A DNA stretch of 64,000 nt. It comes from Octopus bimaculoides. Its lineage: Eukaryota. The notes under the pieces were generated by a model. It was not told where the DNA came from. It ran no database searches and worked only from the letters and a program-made list of their open reading frames with translations. A program made the position numbers and the translations under genes. Shown here piece after piece: positions 63,966 through 64,000 of this stretch. The stretch spans positions 2,318,555-2,382,554 of the forward strand of contig NC_068991.1 of NCBI RefSeq assembly GCF_001194135.2. The letters run 5' to 3'. Numbering within the stretch: the stretch's first letter is position 1; every line of letters begins with the position of its first letter.

Positions 63966-64000
63966 TACAACCAATATATATATATATATATATATATATA

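Overview
Repeat-dense, AT-rich eukaryotic DNA from a gapped short-read scaffold. There are 18 N-runs (about 6.7 kb in total), most abutting (TA)n tracts. The SINE families, extreme microsatellite load and R4/RTE/Penelope content point to an octopus (coleoid cephalopod) genome; that is an inference, not a database result. I found no complete gene, rRNA, tRNA gene or CRISPR array, and nearly all ORFs in the supplied track are microsatellite translations. Supported content: about 35 copies or fragments of at least four tRNA-derived or LINE-tailed SINE families; seven fragments of R4/Dong-like (RLE) LINEs; an RTE fragment; Penelope-like remnants, including a GIY-YIG fragment and hammerhead ribozyme folds; a mariner MITE; a 291-bp foldback element; and a pogo/Tigger transposase split by a nested insertion block. 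One credible host exon candidate lies on the minus strand at 3831-4026. The most interesting signals are three. (i) Penelope-type hammerheads with non-canonical cores: one has a G3:C8 swap plus an extra G, and another family reads CCGACGA in two of three copies and includes a mirror-image pair. (ii) A microsatellite that appears to have arisen from Leu/Cys codons of a dead transposase and then collected AAT-associated retroelements. (iii) Retroelements sharing (AAT)n tracts in opposite polarity. SINE family labels A, B, D, E and F are my own. Coordinates of decayed elements are approximate (about +/-10 bp).
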